64,000 nt of DNA from Escherichia phage vB-Eco-KMB38. The stretch is from sequence record OR525701.1. One strand, 5' to 3'. A model generated the notes under the pieces. The model was given only the letters and a program-made list of their open reading frames with translations, did not search any database and was not told the origin of the DNA. Position numbers and translations under genes: made by a program. Shown one piece after another: positions 38,577 through 48,683 of the stretch. Position 1 is the stretch's first letter; the number at the start of each line of letters is the position of its first letter.

Positions 38577-38805
38577 TACACGCTTCAGCCATTTTAAGAA
38601 TAGAGCCGGGAGTATCGTTGTCCATTATATTAAAGCTAAATTCAATAGCCCAGTCGGTGCAGACATGAACTGCTTTAACTTCATTGCCTTCAACGCGTAA
38701 TGGCTCAATCCAATACTTGATGGTGTTCTCGAATCCATCATCATCTTTAACGTCTATTTCAACTTCAAGCCCGAGCCCAGCATTGTTAAATTCATCTAAA
38801 GTCAT
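38548..38805 (-). CDS. small hypothetical acidic protein
   Basis: 85 aa ORF. Confidence 0.5.
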   Translation of the reverse strand: MTLDEFNNAGLGLEVEIDVKDDDGFENTIKYWIEPLRVEGNEVKAVHVCTDWAIEFSFNIMDNDTPGSILKMAEACIEDAYNDED

Positions 38806-39821
38806 TGTGTTGCCTCAATATAAAGTTCGTTGGAATATTTGACCAGCGCTTCTCTGTCTTCGTCTGAGATATCTGGAATCGCGTCAATATATTCTTTAAT
38901 GATATCTTGAAGTGATTTAATCTCGATTTCCTGGTCATCATCAGATTCAACACTGTTATCAACTTTAGAAACCATACGAAGAGAGTGAACTACTTTTTCA
39001 AGTTCAGATTCAAACTTAGTCAACTCTGAATCAATTTCTGATACTATAACACGTAAGGCTAGATTAGTATAATCAGAATAATTGATTTTGCCTTTAAACG
39101 GATAAGTGATTCGTCGATGCCATGTTGTTTCATTAGGAATAAATTCCATACGTTCAACATCAGTGTCAAATACCCAGAATCCGCGCGGGTCATTCTCATC
39201 ACCTGCAGTAAGTGTCCATGGTGTCCCAATATATTTGACGTTAGCAGCTTCAGAGATTGTGTGGAAGTGGCCGGACCAGACTTGTTTATAGGTCTTTAAG
39301 AAATCAGGTTCAAGCCCATGAGACTTCATTCCTTTATAGAAATAAAAGCCGTTTAATTCCCAGTGACCAACACAATACGCGGCAGAAGAAGTCTTGATGT
39401 GCTCTAAGATTTCACCTGTATTTTCTTCACACATCCATGGAACGATATCAATCAAACATCCGCCAAAATCTACAGTAGTCGGATGCTCGTAAATAGTAAA
39501 GTTTTCAAATTGAGTTAACAATTCAGAAACAGTGTTAGGTGTTATTGTATTCTTAAACGCCATGTCATGGTTTCCTATCGTGACATGAACGTGAATGCCT
39601 GCTTTAGAAATCATATCAACGATTTCACGATTGAATTCCATTGTACGATGTGTTATTGCTTTACGGACGTCAAACCAATCGCCGTACTGAATCCAAGTTT
39701 TAATCCCGTGTTTCTTAGAGTATTCAATTGCTTGACGAATACCATCACGTTGAATATCTTGAACCCATGGGTCGTCTTGTTTGACTCCGATATGGAAGTC
39801 GCCTAAGTGCAAAATTTTCAT
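38802..39821 (-). CDS. 47: recombination endonuclease subunit (Mre11/SbcD-like)
   Basis: 339 aa; phosphoesterase motif LHLGDFHIG and GNHD. Confidence 0.85.
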   Translation of the reverse strand: MKILHLGDFHIGVKQDDPWVQDIQRDGIRQAIEYSKKHGIKTWIQYGDWFDVRKAITHRTMEFNREIVDMISKAGIHVHVTIGNHDMAFKNTITPNTVSELLTQFENFTIYEHPTTVDFGGCLIDIVPWMCEENTGEILEHIKTSSAAYCVGHWELNGFYFYKGMKSHGLEPDFLKTYKQVWSGHFHTISEAANVKYIGTPWTLTAGDENDPRGFWVFDTDVERMEFIPNETTWHRRITYPFKGKINYSDYTNLALRVIVSEIDSELTKFESELEKVVHSLRMVSKVDNSVESDDDQEIEIKSLQDIIKEYIDAIPDISDEDREALVKYSNELYIEATQ

Positions 39822-39867
39822 ATTATTTCCTCATTAGTTAATTCATTTTATCATCCGTTTATAAAGC

Positions 39868-39896
39868 AAAAAAAAAAAGGAACTCCGAAGAGTTCC
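39868..39896 (-). terminator. rho-independent terminator (GGAACUC-UUCG-GAGUUCC + U11) overlapping upstream stop codon
   Basis: 7 bp stem, UUCG loop, 11-nt T-run on minus strand. Confidence 0.7.
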
Positions 39897-40069
39897 TATC
39901 CACATAGTACACCGTACAGAGGCTCATTTGAACTTTTAAATCGAATGGGCTTGTATGTAATAGTTCCTTCGGCTTTAGCTTTATCATAAGACTCTTTAAA
40001 ACGTCTCATTCTTTCTGCTTTGCCTTTACGGATTTTATCGAAATTTTCAGAAGTCGGGATGTTCGTCAT
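39896..40069 (-). CDS. small hypothetical protein (57 aa, below ORF-track cutoff)
   Basis: hand translation MTNIPTSENFDKIRKGKAERM...; stop codon inside terminator hairpin. Confidence 0.45.
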   Translation of the reverse strand: MTNIPTSENFDKIRKGKAERMRRFKESYDKAKAEGTITYKPIRFKSSNEPLYGVLCG

Positions 40070-40108
40070 GCATAAGCACCTCTCAGAAAATGCCTAAATC
40101 AATTTCTC

Positions 40109-40330
40109 TCATCGTTTCCACCATTTCTTAACTTGAAATGAATCGACCCACACGAGTTGTTTTGGGTCTGCCTTTACAATAGGCGGACAAATTTCTGTAA
40201 TAGAACCGTCGTGATATTCCTTTTCAGAAATTTTAACACAAAGAGGACCACCCAATTTAACGGTGAACCCTGCGTTCAGCTTCAGACGTTTAAACTTTGT
40301 TTGAACTAGCGCCATTAATGATGTCCTCAA
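40109..40330 (-). CDS. small hypothetical protein
   Basis: 73 aa ORF. Confidence 0.45.
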   Translation of the reverse strand: MRTSLMALVQTKFKRLKLNAGFTVKLGGPLCVKISEKEYHDGSITEICPPIVKADPKQLVWVDSFQVKKWWKR

Positions 40331-40613
40331 TAGCCTGACGAGTAGTAACCCACTGGATTTTAATTAACTTGTCATTATACGGTTGTCGTAGAATATCCCG
40401 AGATTTCTTAATAGCATATTCGTAAGCTTCGAAGTTGTTTTGAATTGCTGCTTCTTGAGCATGTGCATAAAGACGGTTTAGTTCAAAACGATTCTTTTTA
40501 AGAATCTTTTCGGATTTTTTACGTGCTTCAGCTTCATTTTTCTTTTGGATTTCTTGTAGCATTTTAGCTACTGCATCTTCTGCTTCTTTATTTTCAATAA
40601 TCTCGGTAGTCAT
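40290..40613 (-). CDS. hypothetical protein
   Basis: 107 aa ORF. Confidence 0.5.
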   Translation of the reverse strand: MTTEIIENKEAEDAVAKMLQEIQKKNEAEARKKSEKILKKNRFELNRLYAHAQEAAIQNNFEAYEYAIKKSRDILRQPYNDKLIKIQWVTTRQAIEDIINGASSNKV

Positions 40614-40614
40614 A

Positions 40615-40830
40615 TTATCTCATTAAATTAAAATAAAAACGTCCATCCTCTTCAATACAGAACTCATATTCAACTGGAGTCCCGTTTATCGAAAATGACA
40701 CGTCATGTGGGTTCAAAGGGTCGATGTCAAAATTAATTTTAAATTCACGACCCAACAGTTTTACCAAATAAGGGATTGCTTCGTCAAAAGGTTCTTCTAA
40801 GTAGTTAGAGATGTCAATTGTCATCCTCAT
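40615..40830 (-). CDS. small hypothetical protein
   Basis: ORF-track 40615..40908 overlaps gene 55; start probably at an internal ATG. Confidence 0.4.
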   Translation of the reverse strand: MRMTIDISNYLEEPFDEAIPYLVKLLGREFKINFDIDPLNPHDVSFSINGTPVEYEFCIEEDGRFYFNLMR

Positions 40831-41371
40831 ATAAAAAATCCAAACTAGGCGAATCGCTAACAACTTCCTTCTTTTCAGCCCCAGGAGCTTTATAAGCGGA
40901 TTCTTCATAATGCGTCATTTTATCGTAGATGTCTTGAATAAACGTTTCATCTACCAACGCTACCATATCATCGTCATGACTGTCGTAGACATTATGAACG
41001 AAGTAACTATATTTCTTTGCAACTTCCTTACGTTCTTTTTTGATACGTTGGACAAAAGCATTAAAACAAGCTCGAGTTATGTATGCATGTGGGTTATTGT
41101 ACTTAGTTTCGTCGAAATTATGAAGTCCCTTAATAGAGGCTTCAATCCCATCTGCAATCATCTCCTGCTTCCAAGACTGGGTATATCCTGAAAAGTTGAA
41201 ACGTTTGGACAGGCCTTCGGCGATAAGCATAATTGCTAAACCGATGGTATCATTCTGACGAATAATTTTGTTTGGGTCTTTATTATTTAAGAGCTCCTTT
41301 TTCCACTCGATTATAGCGGCGAGAAGCTCTTTATTATTCACATAGTTATTTTTAGGTTTTTGTTCAGTCAT
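40814..41371 (-). CDS. 55: late-transcription sigma factor gp55
   Basis: ORF-track start is TTG; re-set to ATG ([17 protein letters not shown]) with AAGAGG RBS, 185 aa; closely parallels T4 gp55. Confidence 0.85.
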   Translation of the reverse strand: MTEQKPKNNYVNNKELLAAIIEWKKELLNNKDPNKIIRQNDTIGLAIMLIAEGLSKRFNFSGYTQSWKQEMIADGIEASIKGLHNFDETKYNNPHAYITRACFNAFVQRIKKERKEVAKKYSYFVHNVYDSHDDDMVALVDETFIQDIYDKMTHYEESAYKAPGAEKKEVVSDSPSLDFLYEDDN

Positions 41372-41443
41372 AAGTACCTCTTGGCTCAATTCATAGGTCT
41401 ATTATATCATAATATTTAGAGACCTATCTTAAAGCACGAGATA

Positions 41444-41713
41444 CTATCGGAGCAAACAATACGCCTGGAATACTTTTTCCATTAAACGTTTGAACTCATG
41501 GTTATCGATATAAAGCTCAGTAAGACCGGCATTATAAAGAAAATCTAAAAAGTTCTCATGTGTTTCGTTATAGTCGCCTTCGTTTAATTGAGATACATGA
41601 GTTTCCCAAAAACCAACACCTTTAACGAATGGAAAATACGTGACTTTCATGTATTCGTCAACATAAAATTCGCCCAGCTTTTCTTCAGTTATACTGATTC
41701 GAGTTAATTTCAT
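41444..41713 (-). CDS. hypothetical protein
   Basis: 89 aa ORF. Confidence 0.5.
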   Translation of the reverse strand: MKLTRISITEEKLGEFYVDEYMKVTYFPFVKGVGFWETHVSQLNEGDYNETHENFLDFLYNAGLTELYIDNHEFKRLMEKVFQAYCLLR

Positions 41714-41937
41714 TCTAGTTCCTTTGCTGCTTCAAGAGCAGCATCCAGCGAATCAAATTGGTCAACGAAATCAATATTCAACGCATCGTCAACCGTAGCA
41801 TATAACCACCATTGTTTGAATTCGTATTCTAGAATAAATCCAGGACCTTCAATCTGAGGAAGACCTAGACTATTTGTACCAACTTCGTAACCAGCTAGAC
41901 GCAGGTCATTAATCAAAGTTTCTGTTAATACGCTCAT
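41710..41937 (-). CDS. small acidic hypothetical protein
   Basis: 75 aa ORF. Confidence 0.5.
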   Translation of the reverse strand: MSVLTETLINDLRLAGYEVGTNSLGLPQIEGPGFILEYEFKQWWLYATVDDALNIDFVDQFDSLDAALEAAKELE

Positions 41938-42296
41938 TTTACCGCCTTAACAATTTTAAGGTCAACGAATTTTTTCTTACGTTGATTTTTCATACGACGG
42001 ATAGTCTTTTCAGAGATTTCATGTTTCTGATAAGCTTTAGATTCAACACCAAATGCAGCAACGTCAAATTCAGAAAGAATATATTGTACTAGAATTTCAC
42101 GAATAGAATTACGTCCAATTTTCTGGTCGTGTTTTTGCATGATTTCATAAAGACGGAATTCCCACGCATCAAGAACTTGAGGAGTAACAATATTGCCAGA
42201 TTCCAGAAGAGCAACAACTTTATCGAAAGCGAAAGAATTAACTACGTTTTTGATTTTAGTAGACATATTATTTTCCTCGGTTATTTTATTATCCAA
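41934..42296 (-). CDS. hypothetical protein
   Basis: 120 aa ORF. Confidence 0.5.
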   Translation of the reverse strand: MDNKITEENNMSTKIKNVVNSFAFDKVVALLESGNIVTPQVLDAWEFRLYEIMQKHDQKIGRNSIREILVQYILSEFDVAAFGVESKAYQKHEISEKTIRRMKNQRKKKFVDLKIVKAVK

Positions 42297-42332
42297 CGAG
42301 AGAATTATACTCTGCTCTCAAGAGTTTGTATA

Positions 42333-42572
42333 CTATTTTTTAAGCATGAAAAGCAAGTAATTTGTATCGCGTGGAGTAATATCAACACCCATATCAAAGA
42401 TGCCTTTATAGATTGGGTATTTGTTTTCGGTTGTATCGAAGCTGAAACTATTTCCATCACATCTAACAGTAATAGCATCTGTTAAAATGTCATACTCAAT
42501 CCTAACAATTGAATCCCCGATTTTAACGTCGAGGTGTTTTTTGAATTTGATAAAATCTAATTCTTGAGCCAT
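42333..42572 (-). CDS. hypothetical protein
   Basis: 79 aa ORF. Confidence 0.5.
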   Translation of the reverse strand: MAQELDFIKFKKHLDVKIGDSIVRIEYDILTDAITVRCDGNSFSFDTTENKYPIYKGIFDMGVDITPRDTNYLLFMLKK

Positions 42573-42635
42573 GATATTTTCCTCATTTTAAGACGATAGG
42601 AAGACATGTTATTATCTTCCTATCGTTGTACATTA

Positions 42636-42848
42636 TTAACCGAACTTTTTAGCGCCTTTCCAGCCTTCGTACATAACTGCGCAAGTCAATAGCACGGCAT
42701 GTTGGCATTCTTTGTATTTGTAAATCCAGAACCAGCGTAAAAAGTCTTCATCCTCAACACCGTTGAGTTTCATATTGGCAAAGAATTCGGCACGTTCTTC
42801 ACGAAGTTGCCATGACACAATATTTTCAGGATTCATTTTGTGTTCCAC
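42636..42848 (-). CDS. hypothetical protein
   Basis: 70 aa ORF. Confidence 0.5.
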   Translation of the reverse strand: MEHKMNPENIVSWQLREERAEFFANMKLNGVEDEDFLRWFWIYKYKECQHAVLLTCAVMYEGWKGAKKFG

Positions 42849-42974
42849 GCCCCATTTTCATCGATGAACTTAATCCAGTCATTTACAGACCATTTAGTTG
42901 TATCGCCCTTTGGATTAACATTTAAAGTATATAATCCCTGCTTAAAAAGCATTCGTTTGATATTCATAATTTCC

Positions 42975-43295
42975 TCAACTGTAACGATAACATTCGTTAG
43001 CTTTACGTTTGGCTTCAGTATGAGAAGTATTATAATCATAATCTTCTTTACTGTAAACATCTTTTTTCAACTTACGAACTTCTTTGCGGAGTTGTCGATT
43101 CATTTCGTTCTTGACTTCAGAATCAACGCCTTTCATACGTTTCCATTTATCTGAGCGGAAGATGTTTTCAACCATGTCTTTGTGGCTAACACCGTCAGGA
43201 GCTTTACGCTTACCAAAATAGTCATAATCACGAACTTTCAAATCTTTACGACGATATGTTTTACCCATAAGTACCTCAGAGGTTGATCGATACAA
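42975..43295 (-). CDS. hypothetical basic protein
   Basis: 106 aa ORF. Confidence 0.45.
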   Translation of the reverse strand: MYRSTSEVLMGKTYRRKDLKVRDYDYFGKRKAPDGVSHKDMVENIFRSDKWKRMKGVDSEVKNEMNRQLRKEVRKLKKDVYSKEDYDYNTSHTEAKRKANECYRYS

Positions 43296-43524
43296 CGCGT
43301 TTGATAAAATTCACTTCACTTACTGAAAGGTCTTTAAGACCGATTGATTCTAAACGCTGAGTAAGCGTCAACATCGGGATATAATCCCAATGAGTTTTAT
43401 TTGCTTGATAAGTACGAACGCCATTAGCAATTTCAACATGCAAATCGGAAATGGTAATGAATACCGGATGCTCGTCATTAACTTTAAGGGTTAGAACAAC
43501 CTTCTTTGAATCTAAACTAATCAT
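43276..43524 (-). CDS. hypothetical protein
   Basis: 82 aa ORF. Confidence 0.5.
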   Translation of the reverse strand: MISLDSKKVVLTLKVNDEHPVFITISDLHVEIANGVRTYQANKTHWDYIPMLTLTQRLESIGLKDLSVSEVNFIKRVVSINL

Positions 43525-43865
43525 GGTTTAATTTCCTTCGCAATTGAACAGAAGATACCACGGTCACAAAGCATTTCACCAATTTCTGGATATTTGATTG
43601 AACGGTACCAAACATCCAGGCTTGAAACTCTGGTTATCTGTATGGCATTACCATTGACAGAATAGTACTGGTCAACCTTAATTTCTTTATCTTCAATTGT
43701 CATTTTATTTTCCTCTATAGTAGATGGTTTAATCTTAACACATTTATTGAGGATGTAAACTGTTTTATGAAAATATTTTTTGATTTGAGAGGGGCACAAG
43801 GAGATAGTGAAGTGAAGATTCCAATGGATTATATTAGAAATGAGATAAAGAAGACCAGGCGGCAC
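43521..43865 (-). CDS. hypothetical protein (start uncertain)
   Basis: 114 aa ORF; may start at an internal ATG. Confidence 0.4.
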   Translation of the reverse strand: MPPGLLYLISNIIHWNLHFTISLCPSQIKKYFHKTVYILNKCVKIKPSTIEENKMTIEDKEIKVDQYYSVNGNAIQITRVSSLDVWYRSIKYPEIGEMLCDRGIFCSIAKEIKP

Positions 43866-43869
43866 CTGG

Positions 43870-44193
43870 TCAATCTTCTATGATATCAGAGTCATATCCT
43901 AATGAAATCAAGGACTTTTTAAACTCTGCAATATTCTTTTGTTTCTTATCATTTAAAAATATGACAGGATAACGAATATTAAGTGAAGTGAATCCTGCAC
44001 GTTTAGCAAGAGATACGATTAAAGGACGGTCATATTCAATCTTACCATTATTAGTGAGGACTTTATAAAATGTATAAGGAGCATTGAGCTCCTTTAAAAG
44101 TTTTGTAACAGTATAACATCCTGGACAACGTCCAACTTCTTCAGGGATGCCATAAATTTCAATCTTGTTCTTTAAGTTCGAGTTTTGTTCCAC
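43870..44193 (-). CDS. nrdH: thioredoxin-fold redoxin (NrdH/glutaredoxin-like, CPGC active site)
   Basis: KIEIYGIPEEVGRCPGCY redox motif; probable GTG start with AAGGAA RBS (ORF-track 43870..44322). Confidence 0.5.
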   Translation of the reverse strand: MEQNSNLKNKIEIYGIPEEVGRCPGCYTVTKLLKELNAPYTFYKVLTNNGKIEYDRPLIVSLAKRAGFTSLNIRYPVIFLNDKKQKNIAEFKKSLISLGYDSDIIED

Positions 44194-44476
44194 GAGAAAT
44201 AATTCCTTGGTAAGCCCAATAAGGAGGATTAACAGAATCCTCACCCGAGTTTTCTTCAGGAAAATAAACCTGGATAACGAAGCCGGATTCATCAAATGTA
44301 AAATAAACTGTAGGCAGTTCACCTAACAATTCGACACGAGCATTAATTTCTTCGAGATCTCGTTCACGTCCAGCCCAAAAACTAGGATTTAGATTACATT
44401 CGTAAAAATAATAGTCATTACCGAACATATCAAACCCCTTCCAACTCTCTACCACGTACCGCTCAAAACTAATCAT
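44159..44476 (-). CDS. hypothetical protein
   Basis: 105 aa ORF. Confidence 0.5.
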   Translation of the reverse strand: MISFERYVVESWKGFDMFGNDYYFYECNLNPSFWAGRERDLEEINARVELLGELPTVYFTFDESGFVIQVYFPEENSGEDSVNPPYWAYQGIISRGTKLELKEQD

Positions 44477-44478
44477 AA

Positions 44479-44694
44479 TTAAGCCTTTTTATCAAGAACA
44501 GAATTCAGTTTGTTAGTAATTTTGTCCAGACGCTCATTGAACTCACTAGAAGATAAACCCTTTTCTGGAGAAATTAAACTAATCACGAAAAATACACCAG
44601 TAAAAGGAATAAGAAAAATAGCTCCAACTGCCATAAACAAAAAGAACGTTACAGTTGTAAGAAAATCAGCTAAACCTTTACGAAATTTGTACAT
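44479..44694 (-). CDS. small membrane protein
   Basis: 71 aa hydrophobic ORF. Confidence 0.5.
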   Translation of the reverse strand: MYKFRKGLADFLTTVTFFLFMAVGAIFLIPFTGVFFVISLISPEKGLSSSEFNERLDKITNKLNSVLDKKA

Positions 44695-44804
44695 ATTTAC
44701 CCTTAATTAACTAAGCATTGATAATCATTAAACTATATTGCGAATAAAATTCTGGACCAAAACGAAAAATCATATCATTTATAGTATCCATAATGTAATT
44801 CAAT

Positions 44805-45275
44805 TTAATCATGTTTCCACACCCCATCGGTATTTGACCAAAGACGCTGATTATCTGATCCTCGCCACAGCTTTTTAGTCGGAAGATTTTTCTCATACTT
44901 CCCATCAATAATAACATCAACATATTTAAGCATTTCTAGTTGTTTAATATCTTCAAACTTATATCCTGTCCACAACCAAATGCTTTTATTGGGATAAAGA
45001 TTTTTTACTGTTTGAGCAATGCGATGAATAACATCTCGGTTATCAGGATAGAGAGGGTCTCCTCCGGTTATAGTTAATCCTTCTATATAATCATTATTCA
45101 AACATTCAATCAATTGTTCTAGTGTTTCACCAGTGAATGGAATACCATTTCTAGCATTCCATGTTGATTTATTATAACACCCTTCGCATTTATGCAAACA
45201 ACCCGTAACGAAAAGAACGACCCTGCAACCAGGGCCATTCACAAAATCGCAAGGATAAAATCTATCATAATTCAT
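44805..45275 (-). CDS. nrdG: anaerobic ribonucleotide reductase activating protein (radical SAM)
   Basis: 156 aa; CLHKCEGC (Cx3Cx2C); same length as T4 NrdG. Confidence 0.85.
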   Translation of the reverse strand: MNYDRFYPCDFVNGPGCRVVLFVTGCLHKCEGCYNKSTWNARNGIPFTGETLEQLIECLNNDYIEGLTITGGDPLYPDNRDVIHRIAQTVKNLYPNKSIWLWTGYKFEDIKQLEMLKYVDVIIDGKYEKNLPTKKLWRGSDNQRLWSNTDGVWKHD

Positions 45276-47089
45276 TGGTGTTTAACCCTATGCATGATTT
45301 CTTTATTTTTGCCGAGATTAAATCCGCGTTCGTTCGGATTTCCCAAATAACCACAAGTTCTTCTTATTGTGTTCATCTTTTTAGGGTCAGTTTCTCCGCA
45401 AACTGAACAAACAAATCCGTTTTCAGTAGGAGTCATTTCATGGGTACTTCCACATGTAAAACATTTATCTACTGGCATATTAACACCAAAATAATCTAAA
45501 TGTTGTGCGGCATAATCCCATACAGCCTCAAGACCTTTTAAGTTATTTTTCATATCAGGAAGTTCAACATAAGAAATGTGACCACCGGTCGCAATGAAAT
45601 GATATGGCGCTTCACGAGAAATCTTTTCAAACGGAGTAATATTTTCTTCTACTGAAACATGGAAACTATTAGTGTACCAGCCTTTATCAGTAACATCTTT
45701 TACACTTCCATATTTTTCTGTATCAAGTTTACAGAAACGATAACACAAGTTTTCAGCAGGAGTAGAATACAAGCTAAAAGCAAAACCGGTTCTTTCAGTC
45801 CACTGTTTAAGATGAGCATTCATTTTAGTTAAAATTTCTTGTCCAATATCACGACCGACAAGAATATTCAATTCGTGAATACCAATGTATCCTAGGGACA
45901 CTGAACTTCTACCGTTTTTAAATAACTCAATTATATCGTCATCAGGTTTAAGACGAACCCCGAATGCACCTTCTTGGTAAAGAATAGGAGCAACAGTCGC
46001 TTTAACTCCTTTTAAGGAACTAATTCTACACATCAAAGCTTCAAAACACAAATCCATTCGTTCATTGAACAATTCGGCAAATTTCTGTTCATTGAATTGT
46101 GTTCCAATATAAGAATCTAACGCAATGCGAGGAAGATTCAGTGTTACAACACCAAGATTATTGCGTCCATCAAGAATTTCATTACCAGTCGAATCTTTCC
46201 ATACACTCAAGAAACTACGGCAACCCATTGGAGAAACTGGAACTGAAGAACCAGTAATAGCTTTATTATTCTTAACCGAAATAATGTCAGGATACATTCT
46301 TTTGCTTGCACATTCTAACGCAAGTTGTTTAATATCATAGTTCGGATCATCTTTATAAAGATTAACACCTTCTTCAACGAACATAACAAGCTTAGGGAAA
46401 ATAGGAGTTATTCCATCACGACCAAGGCCTTTAATGCGGTTTTTAAGAATTGCTTTCTGAATCATTCGTTCAGTCCAGTCGGTTCCTGTACCAAATGTAA
46501 TTGTTACAAAAGGAGTCTGTCCGTTTGAACTAAAGAGAGTATTTACTTCATATTCATAAGCTTGGAATGCATCGTATACGTCTTTTTCTGTTTTAGATTG
46601 AGCATAATTCAACGCATCAGCGATTTGCCATTTTTCTGCATCTTCAACATGTTTAGCGTATGTGCGTTTAACATAAGGAGAAAGAACTTTATCGACATTC
46701 GCAAATGTAGTTCCGCCATATTGGTGTGAAGCAACTTGTGCGGTAATTTGTGCCATAATTGCAGTAGCAACGCCAATAGATTTAGGCGTTTCAATTTGAG
46801 CATTGCCTAATTTAAATCCATTCTCAAGCATCCCCTTTAAATCGACTAAACAGCAATTAGTAAATGGAAGAGCAGGAGAATAATCAATATCATGCATGTG
46901 AATGATTCCGCTTTCATGCGCATTCATAATAAAAGACGGGACCATATTTTTGGCAATGTGCTTAGACACAATACCAGCCATAAGGTCCCGTTGAGTTGGA
47001 AAAACACGAGAATCTTTATTAGCATTCTCGTTTAAAAGGTCTTTATTAGTTTTATGAATTAATCCTTCAATTTCTTTTTCAATTTTCAT
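45272..47089 (-). CDS. nrdD: anaerobic ribonucleoside-triphosphate reductase
   Basis: 605 aa; C-terminal Zn site CFTCG...CSVCG and glycyl-radical motif RTCGYLG; uninterrupted. Confidence 0.9.
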   Translation of the reverse strand: MKIEKEIEGLIHKTNKDLLNENANKDSRVFPTQRDLMAGIVSKHIAKNMVPSFIMNAHESGIIHMHDIDYSPALPFTNCCLVDLKGMLENGFKLGNAQIETPKSIGVATAIMAQITAQVASHQYGGTTFANVDKVLSPYVKRTYAKHVEDAEKWQIADALNYAQSKTEKDVYDAFQAYEYEVNTLFSSNGQTPFVTITFGTGTDWTERMIQKAILKNRIKGLGRDGITPIFPKLVMFVEEGVNLYKDDPNYDIKQLALECASKRMYPDIISVKNNKAITGSSVPVSPMGCRSFLSVWKDSTGNEILDGRNNLGVVTLNLPRIALDSYIGTQFNEQKFAELFNERMDLCFEALMCRISSLKGVKATVAPILYQEGAFGVRLKPDDDIIELFKNGRSSVSLGYIGIHELNILVGRDIGQEILTKMNAHLKQWTERTGFAFSLYSTPAENLCYRFCKLDTEKYGSVKDVTDKGWYTNSFHVSVEENITPFEKISREAPYHFIATGGHISYVELPDMKNNLKGLEAVWDYAAQHLDYFGVNMPVDKCFTCGSTHEMTPTENGFVCSVCGETDPKKMNTIRRTCGYLGNPNERGFNLGKNKEIMHRVKHQ

Positions 47090-47559
47090 TTTAAACTCTT
47101 TCTAAGCTGCTTTTTGAATGAAGCTATTAATTGTGTTTTAGTATCTGATTCATTATATTCAAATCCTCTTTGAAGCATCTCGGTCATCATTTCCTCTTTA
47201 CCTAGTCTTGAGAACTCTTTAGTTTTGTCTGGAACAAAATTAGGATGGATATTATTATCAGAATAATCTTGTTTCAAATAAGCGAGAAGAGCTTCAAGCC
47301 ATTCTAGGTAGTCGACATCACGGCCTTTAAGACCAGAACGGTTGAACTTATGCTTCATTTGACCTTCTGCTGCGTTGCACAGATTACAGAGTAATCCACG
47401 AACTCTACCGGCTTTTGGCCCGTTTAATTCATGGTCGTGGTCAAGATGGTTACCTTGAACATCAGGGTCTAATTCACGGTGGCAAATAGGACACTTACCG
47501 TTCTGTGCATCATAAAATTTTTGTTTTTCTTCTTTATATTTTGCGCCTGATAATAACAT
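47086..47559 (-). CDS. 49: endonuclease VII (Holliday junction resolvase)
   Basis: 157 aa; near-identical pattern to T4 endo VII (CPICHRELDPD...HLDHDHELNGPKAG). Confidence 0.9.
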   Translation of the reverse strand: MLLSGAKYKEEKQKFYDAQNGKCPICHRELDPDVQGNHLDHDHELNGPKAGRVRGLLCNLCNAAEGQMKHKFNRSGLKGRDVDYLEWLEALLAYLKQDYSDNNIHPNFVPDKTKEFSRLGKEEMMTEMLQRGFEYNESDTKTQLIASFKKQLRKSLK

Positions 47560-47594
47560 GATAAACCCTTACCTTAAATAGATAAGGGTATTTA

Positions 47595-48008
47595 TTAACT
47601 TAAACGTCTTTCTAAATATTCAATGTATTCTGCGGCTGCTTGCATCAGGTTACCTTCATAGCCGTCGTTATTTTCTTGTCCGGCTAATTTAGCTAAAGCA
47701 TAAGAAATACGTTCACCTTCGAATTCGCCAAGTCCACCATCACAAACTACTTGGTCAATTTCTTCGAGTTCATCTATTGAATGGGATTCCCAGAAGCACC
47801 AAAGAGAAGTATCACGGTCATAGATGCAAAGTTTCTCACCTGTGTTCAACATCACTTCGATAATGCCATGGTCGCCATAACCATCTTCGGTAGTAGTACC
47901 AATTACCTTGATGATCATATCTTTCTTTAATTCAGGAAACTTGACTTGTAGTTCTTCATCTTCTTTAACAATCTTGAACCATTTACCGCGAGTTTCAGAA
48001 ATATTCAT
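47595..48008 (-). CDS. hypothetical protein
   Basis: ORF-track 47595..48146; start re-set to internal ATG (MNISETRGKW). Confidence 0.5.
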   Translation of the reverse strand: MNISETRGKWFKIVKEDEELQVKFPELKKDMIIKVIGTTTEDGYGDHGIIEVMLNTGEKLCIYDRDTSLWCFWESHSIDELEEIDQVVCDGGLGEFEGERISYALAKLAGQENNDGYEGNLMQAAAEYIEYLERRLS

Positions 48009-48009
48009 A

Positions 48010-48207
48010 TCAATATTCTCTATAAAAGTTACGATGAGAACGTTTAGCTTTGCGAAGCTGACGTTTAGTAGGACGAACTGTAAATGGTTGTCCAGAGAAA
48101 AAATTCGGATCGGTTTTAATAAGCAAATACCAATCATGTTTGCCATTTTTTAATAAACGGTACAATAATTTAACTTGCATAATAATCTCTTCCCATTTCC
48201 ATATCAA
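48010..48207 (-). CDS. small protein with basic C-terminal tail (RPTKRQLR motif)
   Basis: 65 aa; tail paralogous to 19581..19832. Confidence 0.5.
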   Translation of the reverse strand: MIWKWEEIIMQVKLLYRLLKNGKHDWYLLIKTDPNFFSGQPFTVRPTKRQLRKAKRSHRNFYREY

Positions 48208-48308
48208 TTAATTCATTTATTGAAGGTTCATCATAACACGTTTCTTCGTCGTTGTAAACTATTTCAACGTCTGGCTCGACAGTCTCCCAACGAGCAGAAT
48301 ACCACGGT

Positions 48309-48665
48309 TTAACCCCGGAGTTTATTGAGCTCTTCATAATCAATCCAGGATTCTAGCCCTGACGGCAGGTCACATTCAATGTTCCACAGAAGCTCTTCAA
48401 TAGCTTGCAGGCGATTATATTCTTCAACGGTAATGGTAACCATTGGTGCAACCGGTTCTGCCTTTTTAACCATCATATCGTTCATCAGGACGTAAAGGTC
48501 ATCACGAACGGCAGTGTCGCTCCATCCCCATGATTTGGCTTCGTAAGCTAATGATGAAGGGAGCACATTTAAAACTTCAATAATAGTTGGAGCATCAGGA
48601 CCAAGTTCATTGGCACAAACTTCGTATACATCTTGGAAATCTTTAAGATTTAATGAATATGACAT
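48309..48665 (-). CDS. hypothetical protein
   Basis: 118 aa ORF. Confidence 0.55.
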   Translation of the reverse strand: MSYSLNLKDFQDVYEVCANELGPDAPTIIEVLNVLPSSLAYEAKSWGWSDTAVRDDLYVLMNDMMVKKAEPVAPMVTITVEEYNRLQAIEELLWNIECDLPSGLESWIDYEELNKLRG

Positions 48666-48683
48666 TTAAAATATTCTCGCAGT

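Noticed and set aside
45272-47089. Possible group I intron or homing endonuclease in nrdD
   Set aside because: nrdD is an uninterrupted 605 aa ORF with intact C-terminal glycyl-radical region; no HNH/GIY-YIG ORF nearby.
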